Positions 32,796-45,800 of a DNA stretch of 64,000 nt are shown here, piece after piece. A program made the position numbers and the translations under genes. Source of the DNA: a virus (taxonomy: Duplodnaviria; Caudoviricetes). The DNA lies in IMG/VR virus record IMGVR_UViG_3300021256_000074, positions 37,101 to 101,100 of that record; one strand, given 5' to 3'. The notes under the pieces were generated by a model. The model worked only from the letters and a program-made list of their open reading frames with translations, had not been told where the DNA came from and did no database searches. Within the stretch, counting starts at the first letter, position 1; each line of letters begins with the position of its first letter.

Positions 32796-35700
32796 TAAGA
32801 ACCAATAGATAAATACCTTTAGTAAAGGTATGAACACAGACGTTGCTAACTCGTTTATACCTGCCGATCAATATAGACTTGCTGAAAACTTAAGATACAC
32901 AAAGAATGGAGATTCAGGATCTCTGAGTACAGTAGAAGGATACAAACAGATAGAATACAATATAGATGGCACCGATATAACCGTAAGTCATATTCTAGCG
33001 ACTACACAGATACGAGATATCGGTATCATTGTTTTTATAGATTCTTAGAATAACGTATATATATGCAAGTTTGATAAGGACGACACTGACGATTGGTAGA
33101 CTTCAATGCACATTGTATTTGGTCCGTGTACAGATTCTGAATGGAATGAGAATACAAAATTAAGTCTTGTTGCTAACTGGGAGTCTGATAATAACGTAAA
33201 GCTGTATATAGCAGACGGTATACATCAACTGCTGTCGTTTAATATATTTGGTACAGTATATACAAGTATAACAGATCTAAATGCATATATTGCTACAGAC
33301 TTACATCAACCGGCCGCTGAAATTTCATCACAAGCTGGAAACATAAAAGCCGGCGTTGTACAATACTGCTACAGGCTTTATAATTAGAATGCACAAGCTA
33401 CTAGTCTATCTCCACTTAGTGTTCCTATAAGCATAACAAAAGATAATATTGGTATTGCTTACGATGAACTTAGCAACATAGCTACGGACATTAATATTAC
33501 GAAAAATGATTCTTTTAATAGAATAATACTATATAGGATATTATACGAGCAATATCAATAGCAACCTACTGTAGATGTTGTGTACGATGGTCCTGCTTCT
33601 GGCACGTTTTTTAGCTTTACTGATACCGGTAGAATAGAAAGGAATATAAGTCCGGCAGAGCTGTTGGCTATTGGTAGTATGGTTTAGTTTAAACCGGCTG
33701 TGATAGAAAGAAAGAACAACTACCTATTCGCAGCAAATGTAAAATATTAGTAGGACGATATTGATTATATATTTGAACACAGCGGGTTTAAATTATCACA
33801 TCACCTTTATTAGTCTTAGGTAGATTCTTATACTATTGATAGGAAAAACACCATTGTAAGTGGTACTTTTCAAAAGTCTCTTCGACGTGGAGAAGTATAT
33901 AGGTATGGTGTCATATATTATACTAATACCGGACAGAAATCGTCAGTTATGGATATTGTCGATATAGATCTAGCAAACGCTACTTTCGAATATCCAACTT
34001 GGGAAATTGTCAATGGCAATTATAAGATACATCCGATAGGTGTTAGTTTTAGCTTGGATTTCTCAGAAATATCTCCAGGAGAAACATATTATAAAGCCTG
34101 TAGTCTTATTTCTGGTTATGAGATAGTAAGGTGTGAAAGAACGTATGAAGATAAAAGAAATCTTTATCAAGGAATATTAGGTACTACTGTTGCTCAAGAT
34201 GACGATGATAACGGTGATTATCAGTATTACACTCCTGGGTTTATGTCAACAGTGAATTATAAAATAGTATCAACAAGACAGAATCATAACAATACGATAT
34301 TCAGAACAGCTTTTGCTGAAAGTATTCCGTACGAGGATAAACTTGTTATGTACGCTTTTCCAGAATTATTGTACAATAGAGAAGAAACACAAAACGTCTT
34401 GAAAAGGTATAAGAACAATATACGTTTTGATATAACATCTCAATATACCGGATCTTTTAAAAACTCAAACGATTTATCTTTTTTTAATGACGAAAGATAT
34501 CTTACACTCGTTACAAATCAAAGGGGTGACGTTACTTCAATACCAGAAGGTAGCCATGACAACTTAAGCGGGACATTTTTGCTAGTGCACGCCAGATACT
34601 TTGCCTCATTAGACGATTTGAAGAGCGGAATACCTCTCCGTATAGAAGAAGGGCCAAATGAAACAAGAGTTACGCAAATAATAGAAAACGATTTATATCC
34701 AGTAGCTACTATAAACAATAATGTATACAGCGGCAACGCAAGCAGCTATAAAATCGACGACATTAAGATAGCAGACTCTCCAGACTATAATACATATTCT
34801 AATGGAGAAACGGTCAGATTTAAAGACGACGTTTAGATTGTAAATAATTTACAATTTATAAACTGGACGCCGAATGTCGTAATGGAGAGAAAAGGAGATA
34901 CGAATCCATTCAAAGATACTATGCATTTTGCTGAAGCAGATTCTTATTGGAAGGGTTACATAGACGATGAGCCGGATACTGTTCCAGTCAGTAATCCAGA
35001 AACGTATAACCTACAACCAGGATATCCGATATCTACTGGAGGAACGTGTATTGTCGCGTATTTGGAAAAGGATTTGCCGCATTTATATATAGATAATGCA
35101 GCACCAAATGATCCTGAAAATGGAGAAAAAATTTGTAAGACGCTTCCAATAATAATTGCGAATGTCACGAAAAATGCAACTCCATACGGAACTAATTAGT
35201 ATAACAGTGTATTTTATTCGCACGGGTGTTATAGAGATGTGAACATAGAAATAGGCAGACATAATCCTATTGAATTCCCGATTTATGTATTCGATGGAGA
35301 TTGTTACATCGGTATATTTGAATATAACGCTGCACATTGCTGGGATAGTGCGTATTATAGGGCTACTATGATGAACACTACGTATTATGTTCCTATAGAA
35401 TCTGATATCAATTTGTTCTATACGCATGGAGATTTGAAAAGCAGGAACAATTCATCCGGCAGGTCGTATCTTATACAAGACAAAGCTGTCATATATCATG
35501 AATACAATCAAAGAAAAGATGCGTATCTGTACAACATGGCATACAGCACCGAACCAAATCTGATGTCATATACAAAAACAGAATATACACCGTACTAGAG
35601 CGACACGTTTGATACCAGAGTATTATATTCAGAACAAAAAGAAAACGGTGAACTAATCGACAACTGGTTGTAGTTTAAATCTGCTAACTTTATAGACATA

Positions 35701-36657
35701 GATACAAGATACGGAAAGATAACAAACTTAAGACTGTTTAAAGATTATTTGTTATATTGGCAAACAGATGCTACTGGAGTGCTGAGTGTAAATGAGCGTA
35801 CCATATTACAAGATGCAAACGAACACAACATAATCCTTGGAAACGGTGATGTATTACAGCGATACGATTATATTACTACGTAGTACGGAATGCGAGAAGG
35901 CGATTTCTCAGATACATAGTCTGGTACAGCTTTATATTGGTGGGACAGCAATAAAAAAGATATAGTGATGTATCAAGGCGGGCAGCAAGTTCAGCCACTT
36001 AAGAAAGTAAAAAGCGTGTCTAAATATATAGATGATAGAGACGGTAGAGACAACCCCATGCTTTCTTATGATAACGATCACAACGAAGTAATATGTAATG
36101 TATTGTCAGATAACAAGTCTATTATATATGGAGAGCTAATGCAGCAATTTATGTCTGTATATGATTATGATTTTAATCATAAGATATAGTTCAACGATAG
36201 ACTGTTGTTGTTCACAAACACAAACATGTATAAATGGAATTCTGTCGGTTCTGTACAAAAGAATCCAAGGTTTATATACGTTGTAAATGATAATTGTACA
36301 TTCCCTAAATCGTTCGACATAATGACGTTTGGTGGAAAATTTGGAGACGGTCCTGATTTTAAACTTAGGTTTACTTCACAGCTCAACATGGATTCTGGAC
36401 TGTTAGAATCTAAGTATCAAGGATACGATTGGAATATAATACATACTGGCACAAGTGAGCCAGATACTATAAGCATAATCACAGATAAAGAAGGTGATTA
36501 TAGGATGGCCATACCTAGAGGAGCTTATATAGAAAATGGTCCTAAGAAGTATGGTAGTAGAATGAGAGGAAAGTGGATGCAATGCGAAATAGATTCAAAC
36601 TCCGCTGACTTTCAATTAGATTATATAATAACAAAATATAGAATGTCATGGAGTTAA
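32785..36657 (+). CDS. Muzzle / tail stabilisation protein, 1290 aa (code 15)
   Basis: NTFSKGMNTD...YRLAENLR, SLRRGEVYRYG, FDGDCYI, RMRGKWM; seven track fragments in one frame joined by TAG. Confidence 0.85.
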
Positions 36658-38393
36658 ATTTAAATTTAAAAGAAAGAAAACAAATAAAAAACGGTGTTTT
36701 CGACGGATTGAATAATCCGCTTATAGACGAACTAAAAAACAAGTAGCAGCAAACACTTTATTGGAATCCAACAGTTGCTGAGTATACTTCGCCCAAAATT
36801 GAAAAACAGAGCACACCTATTGAAATACCGTTTGATCCACAAAGCACGTTTGTCAAAAGAAACGGAGCGTCGTTAATGAATTATTCAGCGCCGCTACCAT
36901 CTATACCTACTAAAATTTAGTTTTCTGATAGTCTTAACAAAGCGCTCAACGATGCAGAGAAAGATGCAGAAAATAAGTATATAGCAGAGAAAGAAAAAGA
37001 AGCAAACAGAGGCGAGATGCGTAATAAAATTGGAAACATCGCTACAGCGCTTCCTTATTTTGCTACATAGGCTATAAACGCATCTTAGTATAATGAAACC
37101 GCAAATGATATACTCCAAAGAACTGGAATGAAGTAGACCTTTAAAGAAGGTAAGCTTCCTAAGTTTATAAATGGGTTAGACAGTGGTTATCCTATTTAGT
37201 ACAGTGTATACAACGCTATAGACAAAGACGCAATACATGCAGAAGAGCACGGTCAAAATGTATAGAATACACTTGGACTTATGGGAACCGGTGCAAGTAT
37301 TGGCGCAACACTTGGTCCTATTGGTGCAGGTGTAGGGGCTGTTGTAGGAGGTATTGCTGGATTGTTTGGTGCTGGCAAACGGCATTCAGCAATGCAAAGA
37401 GCTATACGTGATGCAGAAATTAAAGCCTATACTCACAACAATTTTGCTAGAAACGATGCGTTAACAAACGCACTTAGACAATCATCATTTAAAGACGGAA
37501 AGATGCCAAGATACATAAACGGAAAAACTGTATATAGTGCCTTTGGTCCTGTTGATGCAAAAGCAGACTCATTAGTATCCAAAGGAGAAGTTGCTATGGA
37601 TCTTAAAACAGGAAGTATGTATAGAATACCAACTGGTCCTAACGATACTGCACGTTTTGCAGGAGGTAAAGATCCTAACATAGCTATAATATCTAATAAA
37701 TACGGATTATCTGATCAAGCTATGGTGGATCCAATTGGAGCTTTAAATAGGCAGAAAGCACTTAAAGACTTTGGATATCTTAGCAAAAATAAAGATGGAT
37801 TTGCAAACGGTAAGCTTGGTTGGAGTAATCTGTTAGCTCATGGCTTAGGAGGTCTCATTGGTCTTAACTAGTACTTTGATGCAAAGAATCAAAGTGTATA
37901 CAGACCTAATACATATGTAAGAAATCCGTATGGTAATAGAGGTCTTGGTATACTTTCTAGTCTCAGAGTAAATCCGCTTCCTATAATAAACCAGCTGAGA
38001 AATGCAGAAGCAAGAACAAATTACGCTTTGAATAGCTCTGGTGGCTTAAGCGGAGCACAAAGATATATTGGAAGAACTGCTAACTTGTTTGGAACACAAA
38101 GAAATATAGCTGATACCTTGGCAAAGATACAGGAGCAAAATAATGCTTATAGACAGCAATATGCAAGTGCAGCTATGCAGTATGGTGCACAAGAGGCAGC
38201 TAATATGATGAACTCTCGTAGAGCTGATGATGATGTTTACATGAGAAGTCATGCAGCAAGACAGTCTGGTATGCAGATGGGCTTGTATAACATATTGAAT
38301 AATCTTCAGCAATATGCAGCTAATGAATACAAACGCAGACTCGGTAGAGCATCTGTAGGTATATATGATAAAGACTTAATGAATATAGTGTAA
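36648..38393 (+). CDS. Cargo/ejection protein with glycine-zipper membrane segment, 581 aa (code 15)
   Basis: GTGASIGATLGPIGAGVGAVVGGIAGLFG; Gln/Ala-rich helical C-terminus; follows the muzzle gene; TAA overlaps next ATG. Confidence 0.75.
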
Positions 38394-39817
38394 TGGTATA
38401 CGCATATGATTAGTGGGCGTAGATGCCCGTAAAAGACTTATATGATAGTCAAATGATGGCAATTATTATAAATGCCGCCAAAGATCAATATAATAACGCT
38501 AAAGAAGAATTAAAAGAATTTAGGAAAAATTATAATGATTTTTACACTCCTATTTTATCTTAGCAGAGAGCTTATAACAACATAATAGGAGGGGTTACAG
38601 AAGAAATAAATAGAGCGTATGCGAATGGAGAAGATTTGTTGAGAAGTTAGGCAGGTAGAGCCAAGCTTCTCAACCTTATCTCGTCTGTGCCTGTTTCAGA
38701 AATAGCAAGAATTAAACGAAACGCCGAGTATGCAAAAGAGTTTGCAAAAAATAGAGGGTCTTTACAAAGAGAAGGCAGATACTCTCCTGAATTAGAAAGA
38801 CAGCAGCTTGGCGGAAAATTAATGGAAGAATTTGGAGTGAACGACGATTTTGTTGAAACTTCTCCCATATAGTATAAAACGCTGCAAGAATTTGTACATC
38901 CTTCATTAGAGGGTATAGGTGACAGACTTCTTACAGAACAGGAAGTAGCTGACCAAGGATATCAGTACGATCCAAGATTCGAATGGTACGGAAAGCGTAA
39001 AAGTGACGCAGAAACAATACTTAGTAAAACTCTTCCAGGTTTAGCAGGAAGTCCGTATTATCGTTTTTATAGAAACAAAGCATACGAAGATTTGCTACGA
39101 GAAGGAAATATAAACCCCACACAAGATTAGATAGATCGCAAGCTCGTTGAAAATTCCATACAAGCCGACAGTCAAATATTTACACCAATCAAACGAGAAG
39201 CAGATCCGTTTAAGAGAATGGATTACGAAGCCATGCTTTCTAGACAAACTCATGCTATAAATGCTGCTATAGATCATAAATATTGGCAACAAGAACATGG
39301 TGCTGGAAACGATGACAACTTAAGAAATATATTCAGAGAAGCGGACAGAAATTTAAATAATAGATATAGTCAGCTTAAGAATAGTAAAGGCGTCGCTGCT
39401 GTTACATCTGTAGAAGGTGCTTCCGTTGGATTCGATCCAACAACTACTTATTATCAATATATAGATCCAGTTGATGATGGAATGTCTCGAATAGAAACAG
39501 GAGGCGTTGAAGGTTGGGTAGTAGATCCTACTAAATTAGAAAAATATAATATCTATAGCAATGATAATAGGCATTTTAAATCTATGCCAGAAGAAACAAA
39601 ACCGATGGTGTTTGTTCCAAACGGAAAACTCAAAGCTAGGTATGAATATGACAACAAGACTAAACTATATAATCTTACATATAAGATCAACGGTGCTTTG
39701 TATAACCCAGGCGATACAAAAGAAGCTGGTGCAAAAATTCGTAAACAAGACGTATGGATGAGTGTAAGAGAGCGAGGAGGTAATTATGGAATTAGACAAA
39801 AGAATAAAGGTGAATAA
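38393..39817 (+). CDS. Putative cargo/ejection protein, 474 aa (code 15)
   Basis: MVYAYD(Q)WA(Q)MPVKDLYD...; joins fragments 38687 and 39218; ends TAA. Confidence 0.7.
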
Positions 39818-42800
39818 TTTTCTACCGGCAGATGCTACCAGGGTAGCTAGAATTGCAGATTATGAACTAGAACGTCCTGCAATATAGCGTACAAGAGATA
39901 TGAACCTTGTAGACCCTGAGGAAGCCAACAAAAGAATAAAGAGGTATGTAACAAAACAGAAGCTCATTCGAGAAGAAGAGGAAGAGCGAGCTAGAAAAAA
40001 ACGTATTGAAGAAGAAAAAGAAGCAGAGCGTGCTCGTATTGCAAAAGAGGACGAAGAGCGTAGAAAAAGAAATGCGGAATATTATAAAAAGCTTGCAGAA
40101 AAACAAAGCGAATAGCACCGCAAACAGTTGCAAGAAGATGCAAAAAAAGCAGACGAACAATACGAAAAAGATTATGCTTCCTGGCAAAAAGATATAAAAA
40201 ATAATCCAAGTAGATATAATGATTTTACAAAATACATTACGTCTACAAAAAATACAAATCCTTTATTTGTTTTAAACAATCTTGTAGGAAATCCTTTTTC
40301 TAGGCTTTATTTTGGATTAAAAAACGCAACTGGTGCTGGCGTAATATCTAGTATAGAAACTAATGGACAATCTATTTTGGGAAAAATAGATCTGAACGAT
40401 ATATATGGAGAATCTGCTCGTGCACACCTTAAAGATTTAGAAATCAACAACCGGTTAAACGAATTGCGACAGCAGTAGGACGATCTTGTTTAGAGATTAA
40501 ATACAGCAAATCCGCAAGAAGGCTCTGTTGGTGAATTTTCTAAGTTATATAACAACATAGAATTAGAAATTAGGGATTTACAGCAACAACTACAAGATCC
40601 TACATTAAGAGAGTTAGATAATCTTTATAAACAAAATTATACTAGAGAGTTCGGAGGAACCGGAACGCACATCAAAAAAATGCTTCGCGACTTCAGAATG
40701 TCAATGACATATGACTAGTATAAAGAAGAACGAGCAAAGCTAGACCAACAAGAAGAAATATCTGATTATTACGATATTTTAATCAATAATTCTAGACTTC
40801 GTGGCTTAAGAGGTAGAAGATAGTTTGATACTGTATCTGGACAATATGACGAACAAACCGGAGAGTATAATCGTTCATATGATTTTCCTGCCATATTAGA
40901 TAGTAAAACAAACACGTATACAACAGAAGAAAGTTCTCAGTTAAATTTACAATCTAGAGATGCGTATATAAGTTCTCAAGGTGGAATAAACAAAATAGAT
41001 GAAACAGAAACTCGTTAGAAGCTTGCGGATATAACTGCGCAAAACAAAGTATATACAAAGGCGTATAAAGAAAACAGGGACCACCTTGCGCAAGCAACTA
41101 GAGATTGGGATGTTGCGAAATATTACAAATACGGACAATCTGCCTATAGAGAAAAGCCGTTGTGGAGCCCTTATTATTGGTATTACGAGGTTCCTGATAT
41201 GATGGGAAGTACATTGTCGTCTCCAGAACAAGCAAAGGCCATGTTTATGCAGTACGGTGGAATGATAGCTTCTGCACTTGCTGCTCCAGTTAGCGGTGGA
41301 GCATCTACTGCCATGTTTATGGGTTCTCAAGCGTTGTCGTTTCCTCATGCCTTAGAAGGAGGTAAAGATGAAAATAGGGCGGAAATACACGAAAGAAGAA
41401 TAGAAAACATAATGTCTATATTAAAGCACCCGTCTTCCGGAAGATTTAATGAGATAATGGGTGATTTGATGAATAGGTCTGCTGCATATTGGAAAACACA
41501 AGGATGGACAAAAGAATAGATTCAGAAATATCTAGAAGGAGAAGAAGGACAAAGACACGCAATAGGGGATTATATTTCTGGTCTTACTGTATCCTTTAAC
41601 GACAATAATGGCAATCCTATATACGCTAACGAAAATACAGATCCTGAATTATTTTCTGCTCTATTATATTCTACACAAGGATTGGCAGCACAGTATGATG
41701 CTGATAATATGCGTACAATGTCCGATCTTATTCTGCAAACAGCTGTCATGGCAACTCCTACAGGAGGAATGCGTCGTGCAATAGGTGTATGGTGGGATAA
41801 AGCAGCGTCTAAAATATTGAGTAAAGAAGCAATAAATAAAATAGAAGTAGATGCTGCCGGAAGAGTTACTGCAAGAACCGCAGAATCTGAAGTTAGGCGG
41901 GCTGTAGAAGATGGCGCACAAAGGACATATAAAAATGGATTTAGACCAAAGTCTACAAGTGCGTCCGAAGCATTTACAAGAGGACGTAATGTAGGTGCTG
42001 CTTTTGGAGAAATGGCAGGCTTGGGTACAGTAGGTGCTGCAATAGGTGGTGCTGCCGGAGGGTTTATAAATACGGCTGCTTATCTGGGTAGAGAAATGTT
42101 ATCTCCTGCTGCAAGAGGCTTGTTTAATAGAGTCGAAGAAGGAATCATGCATAAGTACATGAACGTGTATGATTTAATCGTTGGTAAAAGTGAATGGAGA
42201 CGTGCTATTGCGAAATACGGATCCCGAACCATGAATTCTGCGTTTATATCTTCTATGTCAGAAGGCGCAGAAGAAGCCGTTCAGTATTTAAATAGCAAAG
42301 AAGATTTTGCTAAAAAATATGGTTGGGGAGGAATGTCTCTAGGTCAAATGATAATAAACGATATATATCAAGGCGGTCGTGTAATGAATTCTTACTTTGC
42401 GCTTCTTGGTATATCTGATTCCGAATTGTTGAACGATGCCGAATATTGGGCAAATTTAAAAGGCGGATTTGCATTAGGAGGATTTCATACAGGATTATTG
42501 AGACTTGGTGTAAATGGTGTCGATGCGTATAAAACTTTTGATATACAAAACTATATTACTGCAAGCGCTGCTATGTCTAGAGAGTTGGATCAAAAAGACA
42601 GAGCCGCCGGTATGGAATTTGCAAGAGTTGCTATGCGCGGAAACGGAGATGCTCTTATGGACGTCGTGGATTATATGGAAGCCCAAGATAGAAAAAGAGA
42701 ACAACCGTATTTTACACAAGAAGATTATGACGAAAAACGTAAATAGATACGTCATATAATCAGATTGGCGAATAGTGAAGATGTCAAAAAAAATCTTGAA

Positions 42801-45800
42801 GCTAAAGGTATATTATACAATACAGAAGAATATGCAGCTGCTATAACGGATCTTGCTAAATTGAGCATGAGTCAATATGCAAACAAAATAGAAGCTCTTA
42901 AAAACATGAGAGATCAAGATGCGTTTTATAACAGCAAAGAAATGGCAAAAGCGATAGACGATATCGTAGATGAAATATATTCAGACCCATCTATATTTGC
43001 AGAAAGAAATCGAATAGGAGTCGAAGCAGGTCAAAAAGCTGTAGAAGAAGAACGCGCACGCGCTAAAGAGGCCGGAGAAGATATAGAGTCAGAAGAATTT
43101 AAGAAACACTTAAGATCTATTCGAACGCACGCTCACGACGAAGCCATACAAAACCATCAACTATCTGCAAGATAGACTGCGATGGACGTTACAAAATTGG
43201 CTTAGACGTTAATGGGATTGCTTTCTGTAAAAGCGCAAAGTAATACAATAGAAGACTTTTTTTCTTTTTTACAATAGAAGTTTAATTTAAAACCAATGCG
43301 TCCAGATGCAAAACGCATATAGGACAGCATAGAAGAATAGATAAAAGAAATAAAGCACGAAATTTCTGAAAGGTTGACTAGATTTAATGCTAACTTTTCA
43401 GATGCTGCCGCTATTGAGTTTTTAAAATCGTCTCCGTACGTAGTCCATTTAAACGAAGATGAAGCTTAGCGGTTACATGTTACACAAGCAATGTTGAATG
43501 CCGATGCAAGTGTTACTCAAAAATATCTTGATCTATATTAGGAAGGATTGGTTACAGGTGCGGATGGAAGTGTAGAATACAATCCATTAAAATCAAAGCA
43601 GCTGAAGAAAAGAAATGCGCAGTTGCAACAAAAGCTCAAAAACAAAGAAATAACCAAAGAAGAGTACGATAAACAGATAAAAGAAGATATTCAGATTGCG
43701 AGTAGACAGGAAGATATAGACAATAATCCGTATAAAAAGCGCATAGAATCTATATTAAAGGCCAAAAAGGAAAACGGCGCCTTAAACTGGATGGTAAACG
43801 ATATATTGAACGGAGATGGAGTAACACAGTTAACGGCTGAGTACGAGGCAGATGTTCAAAAATAGCAAGAAGAAGAAGCAAAACAACAAACCAAACAATA
43901 GGAAGAAAATCCTTTTGAATCATAGCCTCAAACTGAACAACAGACTGTTCAACAAAGTCAAGAAACACAGCCTGCGCAAAATACGTAGCAATCGAGCACA
44001 GAACCTGTACAGTAGCAACCTACTGATGTGACTAAGAATAAATCTTCTAAAAAATCAAACTTACAGAAGGCTAAACAAAAGTACGAACGTAGAATCGCTA
44101 GAGTATAGCGTCAGTATAATTCTAGAAAAAAGAAGATACGTAATTTCAGACGTGGTAGTCTTAATTCTGCAATTCCGTTTTTGGATTTAGCACTAGACGC
44201 AATAAATAATTTTATACGGTTTGCAGAATTTGGCGTGTTTAAATTTGCAGAGCTTGTAGAAAGGATGCAAATAACATTTTAGGACTTAAATATAAATGAA
44301 ATTATGCCTCAGATGAAAAAGGCATATATAACTCAATATTTTAAATATAAGTCTGAAAATAATCCTGCTGCAGACAATATGTCTACTCCAGAAGAAGTAT
44401 TCAACTACGGTTCAGAACAGACAGTCCAACCTGTAGTAGAAAGCAAAACAAATCCTTTATACAAGTAGATACAAGATCAAATAGACGAAGATAACCAAAA
44501 AGTAATAGAGTCTATCAGTACACACTTTGACAGGATTGTAAAGAATGACGATGGTACGGTTACTGTATATACAAACTACGAGGCTCTTTGGGCAGATCAT
44601 TTGGACGAAAATCACGTAGAACTTCAAAGAGGAATAAAGACGTTAACAGACGCTAATACGTCAGAAGAATCTTTTAGAAAAGCCTTGAAAGAGTATTTGC
44701 GCGGGTATAATATTCCGATAGAGGATTACGTTAAGTATAGAAATACGGAAGGTATAATACCAGCAATTGTTCATAACAGATTAAGATATATACCCACTGT
44801 TCATATAAGTCATGGAGTTCTTGTTAAAGATGCAGTAATTTCTGTGTTAAACGGAACATACGATCAAATAGATCGTTCTAAGTATCCAGAAGGTTTTGAC
44901 AATTTTGTTAATGACATTTTATAGCTGAAAGATTATATAGAGAATACTTTGGGATTACATATAATTACTGGCGGACGTTATATATACGGAAAAGATTCTC
45001 TTGGTAGAAACGTTTGTTCTCAATCGGATTTAATATGCGCAGACGATAAAGATTAGATACATATAATAAAAATAAGATCTTCGTATCAATCTATTCGCGC
45101 AAATTGGAACATACCACAATATAAGTCTGGGTTTACGATTGAGTCTCAAGTTGTAACTAATTTAAAACAAACCGAGCAGATTATAAACAATAAATTTAAT
45201 CTGCCAGTATCTTCGTTAAACTGTTTACCTGTTGTGTGGTCAGATACTATAAGTGTAGAAAAAGATGGGGATTCTATGCTAATTGTATTAAAAGCCGATC
45301 AAAGCGAACGCTCTGACAAATCTATAGAGGAGTTGAAAAATCAGGCAACTATTCTAGTAGAAAATACAAACAGTCTTATAAAGGAATTTAACGCCATGGT
45401 ACAATATTCTTCCAGATACACAAGTCAATTTGGAGAAGAACGATATTTGGTGTTATAGTAGCTACAAACAGATATAGAATATCAATAGTATATAAATCAA
45501 TTAAAAGTAAGAATATCTTAGTTAAATTCCAAAATAGAAGATATAAGAAATCTGGTCGAACTAAACAGAAATCTAGAAAACGAAATCTGGTTAGAAGAAA
45601 TGGAATCTTCTCAACAAGTAGAAGCTCCAATAAATATATAGGCTGCATACGAAAATCTACAACGTATATGTAAAGATTTGGATATTGTTTTAGATGATGT
45701 ATTATCTTTAAGAATAACTACTGAAGACGAAGACAAGTAGGTTCGTAGGCTTTACCAACTTATATATGAAGCTTAGGTAGCGCTTGATGATTTTTTACAA

